From contig CM052816.1 of assembly GCA_028534125.1 (NCBI GenBank), positions 11,348,001-11,412,000 on the forward strand: a stretch of DNA of 64,000 bases, written 5' to 3'. Shown one piece after another: positions 40,201 to 52,005 of this stretch; within the stretch, counting starts at the first letter, position 1; each line of letters starts with the position of its first letter. A program made the translations under genes and the position numbers. The notes below the pieces were generated by a model. That model was not told where the DNA came from and searched no databases. It saw nothing but the letters and a program-made list of their open reading frames with translations. The stretch comes from Lama glama (Eukaryota).

Positions 40201-42749
40201 CCACCCTAACTTTTTGGATGACAAGACCCTTGTACTTATTCTCTGGGGGGGGCTTGACCCTCTGAGTTAAACCACCCCACCCCACCCCCATCCTCATGCC
40301 TGTGATCTCAGCACACACACTGTGCATCCTCTCCCACCTCAATCATATCATGAGTTTATAGTTGCTATTGAAGAGGAGGGACCTAGTGATTTAAGATTAA
40401 GGTGTGGACTAAGAGTCGTGGGTTCTAGTCCTTGTTGCCTCGGACAGGTTGATTCACTGCTGAACCACAATTCTAATCTCTAAAATGGAATACTAGCAGT
40501 ACCTGACCTCAGAGGGTTGGGTAGGACTGGGTGGCATAGTGCAGCTTAGGGCTTGGCACACAGTAGGTGCTCAGTAAATGGTGGTAATTATCGCTGGAGG
40601 AAGAGTCAGGCATCTCCCTTCCATCTCAAACTAATTATGTGACCTTAATCAAGGCATTGAAGCATCCTGAGTCTCAGCTTTTTGATCTGTAGGCTGGGGA
40701 CAAAAATAACTTCTCCCTGTACACTTCACAGGGTTTTCATGAAGAGTTGGCGGCGGCAGCAGCAAGATCTGTTTCAGTGTCAGAATCAGAGGAGCTACTT
40801 CTGGTCTCTGCAGTTGCTACCCAGAGGCGCCAGGTAAGGCCCAGAGCAGAGCTGCCTCCAGAAAACCTGATACTCAAACAATTTGGGCACAGCCACAATC
40901 CATATTTTCCTTATTCAGGAGCAACAAGTTCTCCCAAAACAGCGGTTTTTGGGAAGAATTCTTGCAAAAAGCCCTTTAAACTCGAACTCCTCCAAACCAG
41001 ACGTGCTGCTGCATCAAAATCTCATTTCTCAACAGTGAATCAAAGCTTTAGAATCCCAGTGACAGAAGCCAGATGGGAGTTCAAATATTCAGGCAAGGTA
41101 TCAATGGCCTCAGGTTGCAATATTTGCTTTGACTAGTGTTTATGGAGTACCTTGATGAGCTGCACTGAAAGTTCCATATGGTACATGAGTGGGAAATTTA
41201 CAAGGGAGTGATGAACATGGAATTCAGCAGAGCGGTTGCGAGGGAAGTGGGGAGGTGGGGAAGAAAGGAATGAGACTGGGAGAAGCATGCAGCAGGCCTC
41301 CGTGGTACTGAGAATTAGTTTTTAAAAAAGCTAGGTGGTAGGTATTGGTTTTTTGATCCTGTATAATTATCTATACAGAACATTTAACTCTGAAGGAGGA
41401 GAAGAGCAGAAAGGAGCCCCAAATCCAGAAAACACTAATAAGGAACAACATTCTGTGAGGGCCGTGTGTATTTTATGCATCCTCTCATAGAGCCTGGTCC
41501 AGAGTGCGTGCTGAATTAACTGTCGTGGAAAGAATGGATGGACGGATGGATGGGTGAGCCTGTAATGCCCCTCCGTGCCCTCCATCCCATCATCTTTGAT
41601 CCCACCTCTGCTGCATCCATTTGTCAAAGGGTAGGTCAATAGGCAGAAGGGCCTCCTGGGAACATTTTGTTTGTCCTCTGGTCTAGGACACAATACCATG
41701 CCCTGGCAAACAGCAGATGGCTTGATCATTTAACATTCCTCTATTTCAAGCAAAACACCCTTGCAAGATTAATTCTCCATGACGCCAGCCTCCTGCGAGG
41801 ATCTCTAGAGATTCATCCTCTGGTTTGGTCTTGCCTGACCAACACATTCCCTTAGTGACTGCCTTTCAGGGCAACCTGAGAGTTTTCTGCAAGACCTCAC
41901 GCTCCCTACACTTAGCCCAAGGGGGAACTGGGGTCTTTAATCTCAAGACGTAAGCAAGAGAAGCTTCAGTGGCAGCGGCTGCCGCCCTGGTAAAGCCCAG
42001 CTTGTTAAGCACTTGCTCCCAGCTTGGGATACTCGAGAGGACTTCGTTATTCTACCTGCCACAGCTGTTCACTTTCCGAGAAAGGAGTCAGGCTGTGGGG
42101 CTGGCCTGCGTGCACAGAGGCAAGTGAGAGGACGAAGATGGAGGCCTACTCATTTTATTAAAGCAAATTACGTTTTTCCATACCTGCCAAAATGATGCTG
42201 GGGGAGCTAGGAAGCTAAAGGGCATTGCTTATGCCTAGGAAACTGTTAGATGAAAAAGGTAGGCAAATGGGCACAGAACTGCCCGTCCTCCAAGTCAGCT
42301 TCTTTTCTAAGCCAAGGGCCTGATGAGGGTGATTGTTAAGGGCTGAACAATGGCCAGGATGGGGGTCAGGAAGTGTTGGGCTTAATAGCAGTGCTCTTAA
42401 CCTCTGAATGTCCTCTCTGGGCCTTATTCTCCACAACAGGGTAACAGTCATGATATTTAATAACCGGTATGGTGTAGGCGCTAGCTAGTCAGAATGAAGA
42501 AGGGCTTTGCTGGCGGTCTCAGCTGCACCTGGCCTTAGCTTTTTAGCTGTTGGAAGGGAGAGTGATGAGGACCTGGAGGAAGGGCCAGAGTGCGGGAGTG
42601 GGGAGCGGTCTAGGGGAGCTCAGAGCATCTACTGTTCACCTTTCACGTTCAATATATTAATAATCAGGGTGGCTATATTCCTGCTGAAAGTCAGAGTTGA
42701 GCATCGGCTCTGCTACACAATATGAGAAAATTGAGTTTGATTCTCGTAC

Positions 42750-42860
42750 TTTATGTGCATCAGAATCACTTGGGAAGCTCGTTGAAAACCCGGATGCCCA
42801 GTCCCCACCTCAGAACTACTGAACGGCACCCTGTAGGGCCAGGCTGGGGCCGCTATGCTC
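42750..42860. mobile_element. MER5-like DNA transposon fragment
   Basis: tgcatcagaatcacttgggaagctcgttgaaaacccggatgcccagtccccacctcaga. Confidence 0.65.
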
Positions 42861-43909
42861 CTGAGACCTGTGCGCATGGGTCAACTGGCCTCTAAGGATC
42901 CAGCGCTGACTTTCAAGGGCTTTCTGATGCCTCTGAGATATGACGTCGAGCACACAGTCTCCAGAGGAACACGCCCCACTCAGGGGCAGGTCATATGAGT
43001 GAGTGAAGCAGGCTGATGGGGCTGTACAAACTAAAGGGTGCGTGTCTGTTTCATGGAAGTCTTGACCCCGACCCAGCCATCACTGGCTGGCTGGAGTTGG
43101 GAATGCAGGCCTCGTGTGGATGACCTTCTGAATTTTCAAGGGAAGGTGGAAGTCTGTGAGTCAGGAAGTCACTGAGTCAGTCCTGCATCTCACCCCATCA
43201 CAGGCGGGGTGTTGTTTTCTACTCTTCCTGCTCCAAAAGCCTGGTTGATGGGAGGGTGAAGGGCAGTGGAGACATAGCCGGCCTCACCCGAGAAGGGAAG
43301 GAGGCAAGTTTAAGTGAGGACCTTGATGCTGCTCACGGAGACTGGATGGAAGGGGGTGGCATTTCCTTAAGTGTGGCCATCACAGTCTGCTCTCAGCTGG
43401 CTGTCCCCCTGCTTCACCTTAGGTGTCCCCCTTCCCCTCCCCCAGCAGAGCCCACCCTCAGCAGCTTTCTTAGCACTGAGGTGCCAGGTCTGATCATGGG
43501 GTAAAGGGGCACCTTTCCTAATGACTCTGAGTCTTAGCTGAGGGGATGGAGCTCGCACAGGACGTGATATTTGGCTTCAGACATGAGGTGCTAGGGTTCT
43601 CCCTGGGATGCCCTAGAATGTTCCATAAAGGAGTGGGTTCCTCTGAGTACAAGACAACGTGGCCTGATTGTTACATTTAAACCAGACTGCCAAATGCTTC
43701 TCCTCCGGCTTGCCCATCCTTTCTCCCTCCCCTTTGTCTGTCTGACTCTTTCTTGTCCTCTAGGACTCCGTCTAGACTGTGTTCTGACCTCCACGACTCG
43801 GCCACTTGGTCCCCTTTAGCACCACAGCCCGGGGCATGCCCTTGTTCTAGACTTTCTCACCTGGAATGTCAGTGGCCTGCTTCCTTAAAAACATTCAAAG
43901 CTGATGTTT

Positions 43910-44130
43910 TTCAGGCATTCGCTCTGTGCCAGCACAGCTTCAGTGCCTTTAATAATATTCTCTTAGTTAACCCTCACAACAGCCCAAAGAGGTTGGCACT
44001 ATTATCACTCCTGTTTAAGAAGACATGGCTCAGAGAGGTTAAGTAACTTGCCCAACATCACATAGCTGGCAAGTAGTCAGGATTTGGACCCAGCCTGTGT
44101 GCAGCAGAGCCTGCATTTGTAACCAGTGGA
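43910..44130 (-). mobile_element. MIR SINE
   Basis: ggctcagagaggttaagtaacttgcccaacatcacatagct. Similar MIRs lie at about 3720-3960, 12750-12950, 18320-18520, 29160-29390, 29720-29910, 37770-38180, 38680-38930, 49660-49810, 51860-52110, 59830-60010, 60630-60800 and 63300-63430. Confidence 0.75.
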
Positions 44131-46639
44131 CTGTACCACCCACCCTGCAGTCTGAAGTCAGTGGCCTGAAGTCAGGGATGGTCTCTTGGTGCACGTAGCA
44201 TGGTCCCGAGTTGGGCTCTGAAGTTAGGAGCTTGAACTTGGGGTGCGGGCAGCTCTCAGACTTGCGCTGCCACCATCTGTAGTTAACTGTCATGCCTCAG
44301 TTTCCTTGGCTCCATAATGGCGACAGTTCTACTTGCCTTATAAGGTTATGGTGGAGGTTATAGGAAAGGATGAATCTCTTGTCCTTACTGCAGTGCCCAG
44401 ATCAGAAATGTCTGTAGCATGGTGCTGGAATAAATGATGGGCAGGCCCAGTGAGTTCAATTTTACTGCCCCTTTCAAATCCTCATACAACTCCACAGGGA
44501 CGGGATTTGGTTTGGGAGGAAGGGCGTTTGATGCTGGGCTTGGCGGAAGGAGGCTGGATGGGATGGAGTGGCAAGCCTTTGGAGCTGCTTACATTTCTCA
44601 GAGAGGTTACTCTACAGAGGACATGGACAATGGGAGGAATATTCTGTTCCATTTGGAAGGTGTGCATTGTGTCTCCATTACACCCAAACGGCCTGCTTTT
44701 CAGCCACAGCGGTTAAAAATTAACTAGATTCATTGCTAGTGAGGCACAGATTAAATATTTGGTTGGCTGGGCGTGTCTTAGATCTGCTGCTCTGGGTGTC
44801 GAGTAGGTTGCTAAACTCGTTGCTGAACTCAGCGAGAGTACTTTTTTGGGGTAAAAATGAGGCATAGGTCCTTGTATTTTGACAAATCATATAATGCCTG
44901 CCTGTCCTTGCGACTTTTCCATATTTTCCCATCTGAATTATTATATTCATCTCAATGAGTGATGGAGTTGGGCTCGATGGTTTTGTGGAGTAGGCATGGG
45001 TCAGTATCTCCTAGAAACACCTAGAATGTGTTGTCGTGTTGGCTGTACCAACCTCAAAGTTCTGACATGCGTGCAGTATTCCTTGGCAGGATTATGGTTT
45101 TGTTTTTGCTTTAATAAGGGTCTGGAAAAGTCTTGGCAATTCAGTTTGCCAAGTGTGTGTTTGGTATGTAAAAGATAAATGTGTTTAATCCCAGTATCTT
45201 CAAGAACTGTCCAGGGAGAAGGTCTAATTAGACCTGCCTATTTTTTTTTTAATGACATCCAGGCTTAATAGCAAATGGCATTTATGCACTAAAGTGTCCA
45301 CATTGATGGACATGCAATAAATGTCAAACCCCAACAATTAAGTTTAATGAGGATGAGCGGTTTGTCCTGCAGCACTGCCTTGGATGCCTGGGACGCCCTC
45401 TCACCGCTGTTTACAAGGCTCTGCCTGGCTCGTCCCGCTTGTTTCAGCCCCATCTTAGTGGAGTCACCTCGTGTTGCAGATTCCATTCTTCTTTCCCCAC
45501 CTTGACCATCAGGAATGTCAAGAGAAGACTCTTATCTTCTCCCCTGACCCTTTTCCCAATCCTCTTTCTCTCTCACTCTCATCACCTCCCCACACTCTCT
45601 CCTGCATGTTTTCTTCACTGTCCCTCTTTCTCGTCTTGCTTTCCCCCTTTTCCTCTCCAGCCTTATTTGTCCCGTCCATTTTCATAAACGCTTCCCTCTA
45701 GAAAGCGCCCCCACCCCGGCTGTGGATTGGCAGCTTCTCAGTGGCACTGCTGCCTTATCCTGCAACCTGGTGAAACAGCTAGTCTGCCCCAAACAGAAGT
45801 CAGTGAGTGTAAAGAAAGTTGCAGCACAAACAGAAAACACATCTAAGTTCAAACCCCTTACAAAGTTGTTTTTAAGCATGCTGTGCTTTCTTGGGGAGGT
45901 CAGACTGGAGCCAGGATGCATGAATTGTCCGTCATAGCAGACAGGACCCTGTCCACAGGTACATGCTTCCTGCTGATCTATTGCACAGGATTCTATGTGG
46001 AAAGACAGACTGAGAAGCTTAAAGTATGACCGTCGTCAGCTCTCTCTCTGACCTTGTTTGGAGCAAAGCCGGGAAACTGACTCTCCTTGGTTTTAGAGGG
46101 TTCTCGGAATGTTCAAATTATCCATCTCACACCCTTCCCAAAAGTTCTCCCCGGGCAGCCTGGATTATGATTCTATGGAGGGAAAAAGATATAGCAGCTA
46201 CTAGTGGCCAGCCTCCAGGCCCTAGAAAATGACAGAAGCTATTCTAAAATGTTGAGGTCAAAGAATCCATGCCAACATTCCCAGCTTCGTGACCCCCCTG
46301 ACTGAAGCCCCTTTTAGAACATCTTAGAAATTCTACACAGAGCAGAGGGGACGAGAGGCTGCACACTCCACACTGGGGAACAGAGTAGGGAGGACGAGCT
46401 CCCACTTCTTGGTCTGAGTAGTGGCCTTGCTGCATTGAATCATATTTGGAAGACCACCCAGTATATCCTCCCAGCCAGGCAGGAATCCCCACCCAACCTG
46501 TCCTTTGCTGGAGGTAAAATGGGCAGAAAAAGGACCCAGGCTTAAGTCCCCAAAGAATGGCAGGACGCCCTCAGTGGAGGCAGACTGTATTTAAATGCAA
46601 TTCACCTCTCTGGGGGTCTAGGAAAAGCCACCTGTAGAT

Positions 46640-46915
46640 TCATTTGCTGGGAAACATGGTCTGCGTGGCTGAGGCCGTGGATGCTGAGGTCATGGTTTTG
46701 CTAAAAGTTGACTTCCTCCGCAGGTCCGTCTGCTGTCCAGAATGGCAGCCGCTTCGGTGGGCGAAGAGAGTGGTCATCTCTGGGCCCAAGGGGGCTGCTT
46801 CAGGCTGGGACCCCTTCGGGGTGGCTGGCTGTTCAGGCTTTCCGGTGCTGGGATGGGAGGTATGATGTTTGGCGGGGGGAGGGCTGTAATTCTGAAATCT
46901 CACGGTTTTGACTTG
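46640..46915 (-). CDS. SH3RF2: SH3 domain containing ring finger 2 (E3 ligase, PP1 regulator), last coding exon
   Basis: Minus-strand acceptor ctcctctctctcacag|, phase 0. Reads [14 protein letters not shown]...[19 protein letters not shown]...QTMFPSK*. Contains the RVxF-type PP1-docking motif KTVRF (46895-46909). Confidence 0.96.
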   Translation of the reverse strand, partial: QVKTVRFQNYSPPPAKHHTSHPSTGKPEQPATPKGSQPEAAPLGPEMTTLFAHRSGCHSGQQTDLRRKSTFSKTMTSASTASATQTMFPSK

Positions 46916-47454
46916 CTGTGAGAGAGAGGAGAGCAAAGGGACACAGGTGAGGTGGGAGCCGTGCGCTATTTCCCCCTGGGACTCAGTTCATGCTGTTTCT
47001 CTGCATTTGGCCCTTCTTGGAATGCCTCGTTCACATGTTCACTCAGCAAATACCTGTTCTGCTGAGTGTCTACCAAGCCTCACATGCTCTGGCAGGTGCT
47101 GTGAATCCAAGCGTGAACAAAACCGCCCTGGCCAATGACAGGGATGACAAGTGCTGTGGTGGGGCAGATGTGAGATGTGGAGGGATGGCAGAGGGGTGTC
47201 CGACTGGAGCTGGAGTAGGGCTTGGCTGCGAAGGCCACCTAGAGGCAGAGCTGTCTCAGCGAGGGACTGAAGAATGATTGGGAATTATCTAGGAGAAACA
47301 GAGTTCCCGGGGCAAGAGAGTATGGTCCCTTTGAGAATCTGTAAGAAGTTCACCTCCCCTGTCTCCTCTGTGCCTGCAACTAAGGCCGATCTCAAGGCCC
47401 ACCTCTTCTTTGAGGCCTCCTGGCTGACTCCCATCGAGAGACTTCCATCAGAAC

Positions 47455-47755
47455 AGAGTTAGCAAGCTGGACCCTCGTGGACTGAGTTTAGTCTGCAGAA
47501 TGTTTGGGAGTTTGATTTAGCTGCCAACATATAAAAATTGGGAGATTGCATGTAAAAAATCAGGATTTCATGTGTCCCTTAAGGTAACTAAAGCTCAGGC
47601 ACACGAGGGCCTGTGCCCCATTCTGGCTACAGCTGGCCGGAGCCGGTGGGCAGTTCCCCTTTTCTAGGGCTTGCACAAGCCCTTCCTCACTCTTCTTTCC
47701 TAGCCTGTTATACACCTGCCTGCCACCAATAGGTATCTGCTTTGGCCAGTCCCTG
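47455..47755. mobile_element. hAT-Charlie relic (MER102-like)
   Basis: agctgccaacatataaaaattgggagattgcatgtaaaaaatcaggattt core. Boundaries are approximate. Confidence 0.55.
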
Positions 47756-48348
47756 TCTCAGGGCTTATCAAGGTGTTCCATGCTATTGCTTAGACATTAT
47801 TTCTTTTTTCTATGAAATTGAATCCTAGTGTCCCCACACTGAGAATCCAAATGTTTTCGTACTTTTGACCCTCACCATATCTAGCAGAGGTCTGGGCCTC
47901 TACTAAACACAGTTTGAGGCCTGTAGCTAATACCTTGGGGTCATGGACAAATGGGGCCTGGAGAACTCTGAATGAACTGAATACTGCAGTTCAGAAAAAG
48001 AATTCTCAGCTTTTCAACCAGTTAACACTCTTCCCCAATGCCTTTCCCTCCATGCTTGTAGGTTAGTCTTAAGAGCGTGAGTTTTTGTATCAGATCTGCA
48101 TTCTACTCCAGGCACTCATGGGTGTCAGCTGTGCCTTTGGGTAATAGACTTGAACACCATAAGTCTTCATTTCCTCATTTTAAAATGAGGGTGATGATAA
48201 TGATCATAGCTACTTCTGAAGGTTGTCAGAATTAGGCGAGATAGGACGAGTGAAGTACGCAGTGCCGTGCCTGCTAGGTCCTAGCGTTCAGTGAGTGCTT
48301 AACAAAGAGGAGAAAGCCACACCATCTTCCTTCCCCTTTGGAGGGGAA

Positions 48349-48848
48349 NNNNNNNNNNNNNNNNNNNNNNNNNNNNNNNNNNNNNNNNNNNNNNNNNNNN
48401 NNNNNNNNNNNNNNNNNNNNNNNNNNNNNNNNNNNNNNNNNNNNNNNNNNNNNNNNNNNNNNNNNNNNNNNNNNNNNNNNNNNNNNNNNNNNNNNNNNNN
48501 NNNNNNNNNNNNNNNNNNNNNNNNNNNNNNNNNNNNNNNNNNNNNNNNNNNNNNNNNNNNNNNNNNNNNNNNNNNNNNNNNNNNNNNNNNNNNNNNNNNN
48601 NNNNNNNNNNNNNNNNNNNNNNNNNNNNNNNNNNNNNNNNNNNNNNNNNNNNNNNNNNNNNNNNNNNNNNNNNNNNNNNNNNNNNNNNNNNNNNNNNNNN
48701 NNNNNNNNNNNNNNNNNNNNNNNNNNNNNNNNNNNNNNNNNNNNNNNNNNNNNNNNNNNNNNNNNNNNNNNNNNNNNNNNNNNNNNNNNNNNNNNNNNNN
48801 NNNNNNNNNNNNNNNNNNNNNNNNNNNNNNNNNNNNNNNNNNNNNNNN
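48349..48848. other. Assembly gap (500 N)
   Basis: Run of exactly 500 N inside SH3RF2. Confidence 0.99.
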
Positions 48849-50920
48849 GAGAATTCACTGCACTCTGGAGAGCAGTGGGGAGACACTGAGAAGCACTGGG
48901 GGGCCATTTCTCTGTTAAGGGTCTCCCAACATTTAGAGCCATAGGTGACGTCCAGCAGAGATGTTAGTCCTTCGTGACACTCTCTGGACACGTGTGTGAA
49001 TCAAAGCCATTTGTGTCCAGCACAGCAGGCCCTGTGTCATGAGTCTTCATCAAGCTGGGTGCAAACACAAAAAGCAGAATGCTCACTGAACACTATCGGC
49101 GTTCTCAGCTGCTGCCAGCAAGCCAGCCACCCCTTGCACAAGTCTGCCCTTTCAGTGTCGACATTTATTTTTCCACTGACAGCCCTGTGAGGTGCATACA
49201 GTCAGTTCTCTGTCATTTTCTTCGCTTTGGGGAGATTGATAGCTTGACCAGCCTCACCTTGAGAAAAAGAGAGAGAGAGAGAGAGAAAGCCTCTGGGACC
49301 TGAGACAGTCAAACCCACATTGCGCAGACATGTCCTTAAGCCCCGAGAAATGCACGAAAAATCAGTTTATTACCTTATCTATTTATCTTCGTTCCTAACT
49401 TCCAAGAGATTCAATGTTTTCTTATTACGTGGGCATACAATGCAAACGGGCAAAACTCCAGGCCAATCAAGATCTACGCAGAGGTCGGGAGGGAGTGTCC
49501 AAGAGGAAGCTTGAGCATTGTCAAGGGGATGCCCGTCTTGGCATTCATGGGTGGTCAAGACCAAGTGTGATCATGTCAGCCCTAAGTTCACGTTCTAGAT
49601 GATCTGCTTAGTTGTAGTAGCAGTGATAGTCCTGAGAAAATACTAACACTATAAAAATATAGCTGACATTTCCCCTGGGCTTATTATGTGCCAGGCACTG
49701 TGCTATTAGGCTTAAGTGGATTATTTCATTACCCTGATGATGTAGGTTCTATTTTTATTTCCATTTTATAAATGAGAAAACTGCAGACCCAAGAGGTCAG
49801 TCACTTGCTCGAGGCTGTTGTGGGGGGACTACCTGGTGTGTGTGTGTGCTGGGGGGAGAAGGTGGAGGTTGGTGCAGAGGGTGGAGGAGGGAGGCATGTT
49901 TGGGAAGAATTAAGAAGCAAGAGTAGTGGGATTGGTGGTCAAGCCGGAGATCAGATGAAAGCACTGAGAAAGGGTGGAGCTACTATACTTGTTGAAATTT
50001 TCTTGGGGCATTTTCCTGTGTGGCGTATTGTCCCACATGTGAATCTTTTGCTCTGACTAGTCATGCTGCATTTTTACCTACAATCATTTTTCTGAGATAG
50101 CAGGAGAGATTGCAGAGCCCAGTTTAAGTCAGGGGATGTAGAATACATCAAGTTGACTTCTCTTGGCTCACTGTCTTCTTCTGGAGAGGTGTATGGATAT
50201 AGAAGCTTGAAGTTTTGTAGAACAATGGGTTTCAAATGCTTTTTAGAACCCCTAAAAATGAAGTCTTATGCAGAAGTTCAATTTTAAGATGAAGGATCTA
50301 TATAATTGCCATGTATGCAGAGCAGATGTTACATAAAAATAAAAGCAAGGAGCAGAACAGTGTGCTGTGATTACAAGGTATGTATGTATGTGGACAAGAA
50401 CTTGGGATTGGGGGTTAAGGCTATATGAAGGAGACTTTTGTACAGTATAATTTTTTTTTTTTGCCTTGTGCATGTAGTAATTAAGGAAAGTGGGATTCAG
50501 GGGCTCTTAGCATCCTTTTCCTTCTCCCCTGCATCCTTCCCTTGTTACCCTTTTGGCACCCCCTCTGAGGGGCTCTCTGGAACACAGTTTGAGAAGCACT
50601 GATCCAGCAGGTGCTTTAGCCATTGTGTCTTCATAAGACCCAGCATCCACCTCAGCTATGTCCTAATTCTGTGTTGGTACTCAGGGCTGCCGTCAGCCCA
50701 GCCAATTAACGTGCATGTATGAAGTGACTGAGGGCAGTGAGCTTGAGACAGTCCGGTTTCATCCAATCAAACAACTCAGTATTTGGGAATTGTAAAGCAG
50801 CCTTCATGGAGGCTCGTTTTAAAGCCAAGATCCTTGTGTTTGCAAAAAGCACTCTGTTTACCTGGGGTCAGATGTCCCCATCACTTAGCTCTAGGCACGT
50901 TCCTCTAGGCCACCACTTAC

Positions 50921-51153
50921 TCTTTCTCATGCTGCTCCGCCCTTTGCGAAGAGAGCCCTGTCCCATGGGCCCCAGGCTGGCTGTGCTCCGCATGGGGTTG
51001 ACCACAGCGGTGGGCACGAAGACGGACTTGAAGGGACGGTTCTGCCGGGGATTAGCTTCGGAAATGCTGCCTTGGGAGGACACAGAGGAGGTGGATAACG
51101 TCCACGTGGTGTAGAGACCAGGGCTGCGGGAATCTGGAAAGCTAGATGCCTTT
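50921..51153 (-). CDS. SH3RF2: SH3RF2 internal coding exon (about exon 8)
   Basis: Acceptor caaccag|, 233 nt, (R)[77 protein letters not shown]. Donor |gtaagt, phase 1. Confidence 0.95.
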
Positions 51154-51225
51154 CTGGTTGTGGAAATTTGTTTTTGAAAGAGAAGAAATAGAGAAAGAAA
51201 ATGTTAAGTCAAGAGTCCTATTTTA

Positions 51226-51369
51226 TTTTGTTTGTTTTTGTTTTTTGGTGGGGGGAGGTAACTGGGTTTTACTTCTTTATTTATTCTTAGATGATGTACT
51301 GGGGATTGAACCCAGGACCTCATGCATGCCAAGCATATACTCTACCACTTGAGCTATACCCTATCCCCC
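51226..51369 (-). mobile_element. tRNA-derived SINE (Vic-1-like)
   Basis: Same head on the reverse strand. Perfect 14-bp TSD agagtcctatttta at 51212-51225 and 51371-51384. Confidence 0.9.
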
Positions 51370-51953
51370 TAGAGTCCTATTTTAAAGGATTATAAGCTCC
51401 CAATCATATACGAAATCTGGCCTCTCCTCACCCTCTTCCTACCCACCTACACTGTCTCCGTCAACCGCATAGGCTGAACTACGTAGACCTCACCTTCGGC
51501 ACCTTGATAACTGTGGTTGCACTGAGGGCAGGGAGCGGATTTCCTACTGAGGCCCTGGTGGGACTAGAAGACTCCAGTTTCACCAGCTTTCACTCCAGCT
51601 CTGATCACTCCTCACTCCACATTCCTTCAGCCCTTGAGTTCAGATCACAAGATCTTATATGTATTCATCTTGCTTTGCAGTGGCCATTTCTTGTTCATTC
51701 AGTGACTTCTCCATTAGATTCTAAACTCTTTGAAGGCAGAGATTTTATATGACCATTTTATATCCTCTGGGTTCTGCATATATTGTCTATTAATAAATGT
51801 TTGTTGAATGGCTGCCATGATGCTTTTAGTACTGCAGCCAGTCATTCTGGCTCACACACATTGTGCACTTACGGTATGCCCAGCATTGGTCGAATGCTTT
51901 GCCCACATTAGCTCATGGATTCTTTACAACAGCCTTCTGAGGTAGTTACTCTT

Positions 51954-52005
51954 TTTTTTAAATATTTTTTATTGATTTATAATCATTTTATAATGTTGTA
52001 TCAAA
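51954..52005 (-). mobile_element. Extremely 5'-truncated L1 (3' tail only) inserted in a MIR
   Basis: 52-bp insert beginning with poly-T and tttattgatttataatcatttta, flanked by a perfect 16-bp TSD tgaggtagttactctt. Confidence 0.8.

Noticed and set aside
40815..40835. CTCF-like motif (also partial matches near 47232 and 54330)
   Set aside because: Several mismatches at core positions; not supportable without ChIP data.
40747..41136. 129-aa + strand ORF
   Set aside because: Starts at TTG, has no recognisable domain and fits no exon chain. ORFs of this length arise by chance in 64 kb.
45530..45690. Purine-rich ~50-codon frame on the - strand downstream of the SH3RF2 stop
   Set aside because: Low-complexity pyrimidine/purine tract; the nearby acceptor-like site leads to early stops in all three frames.
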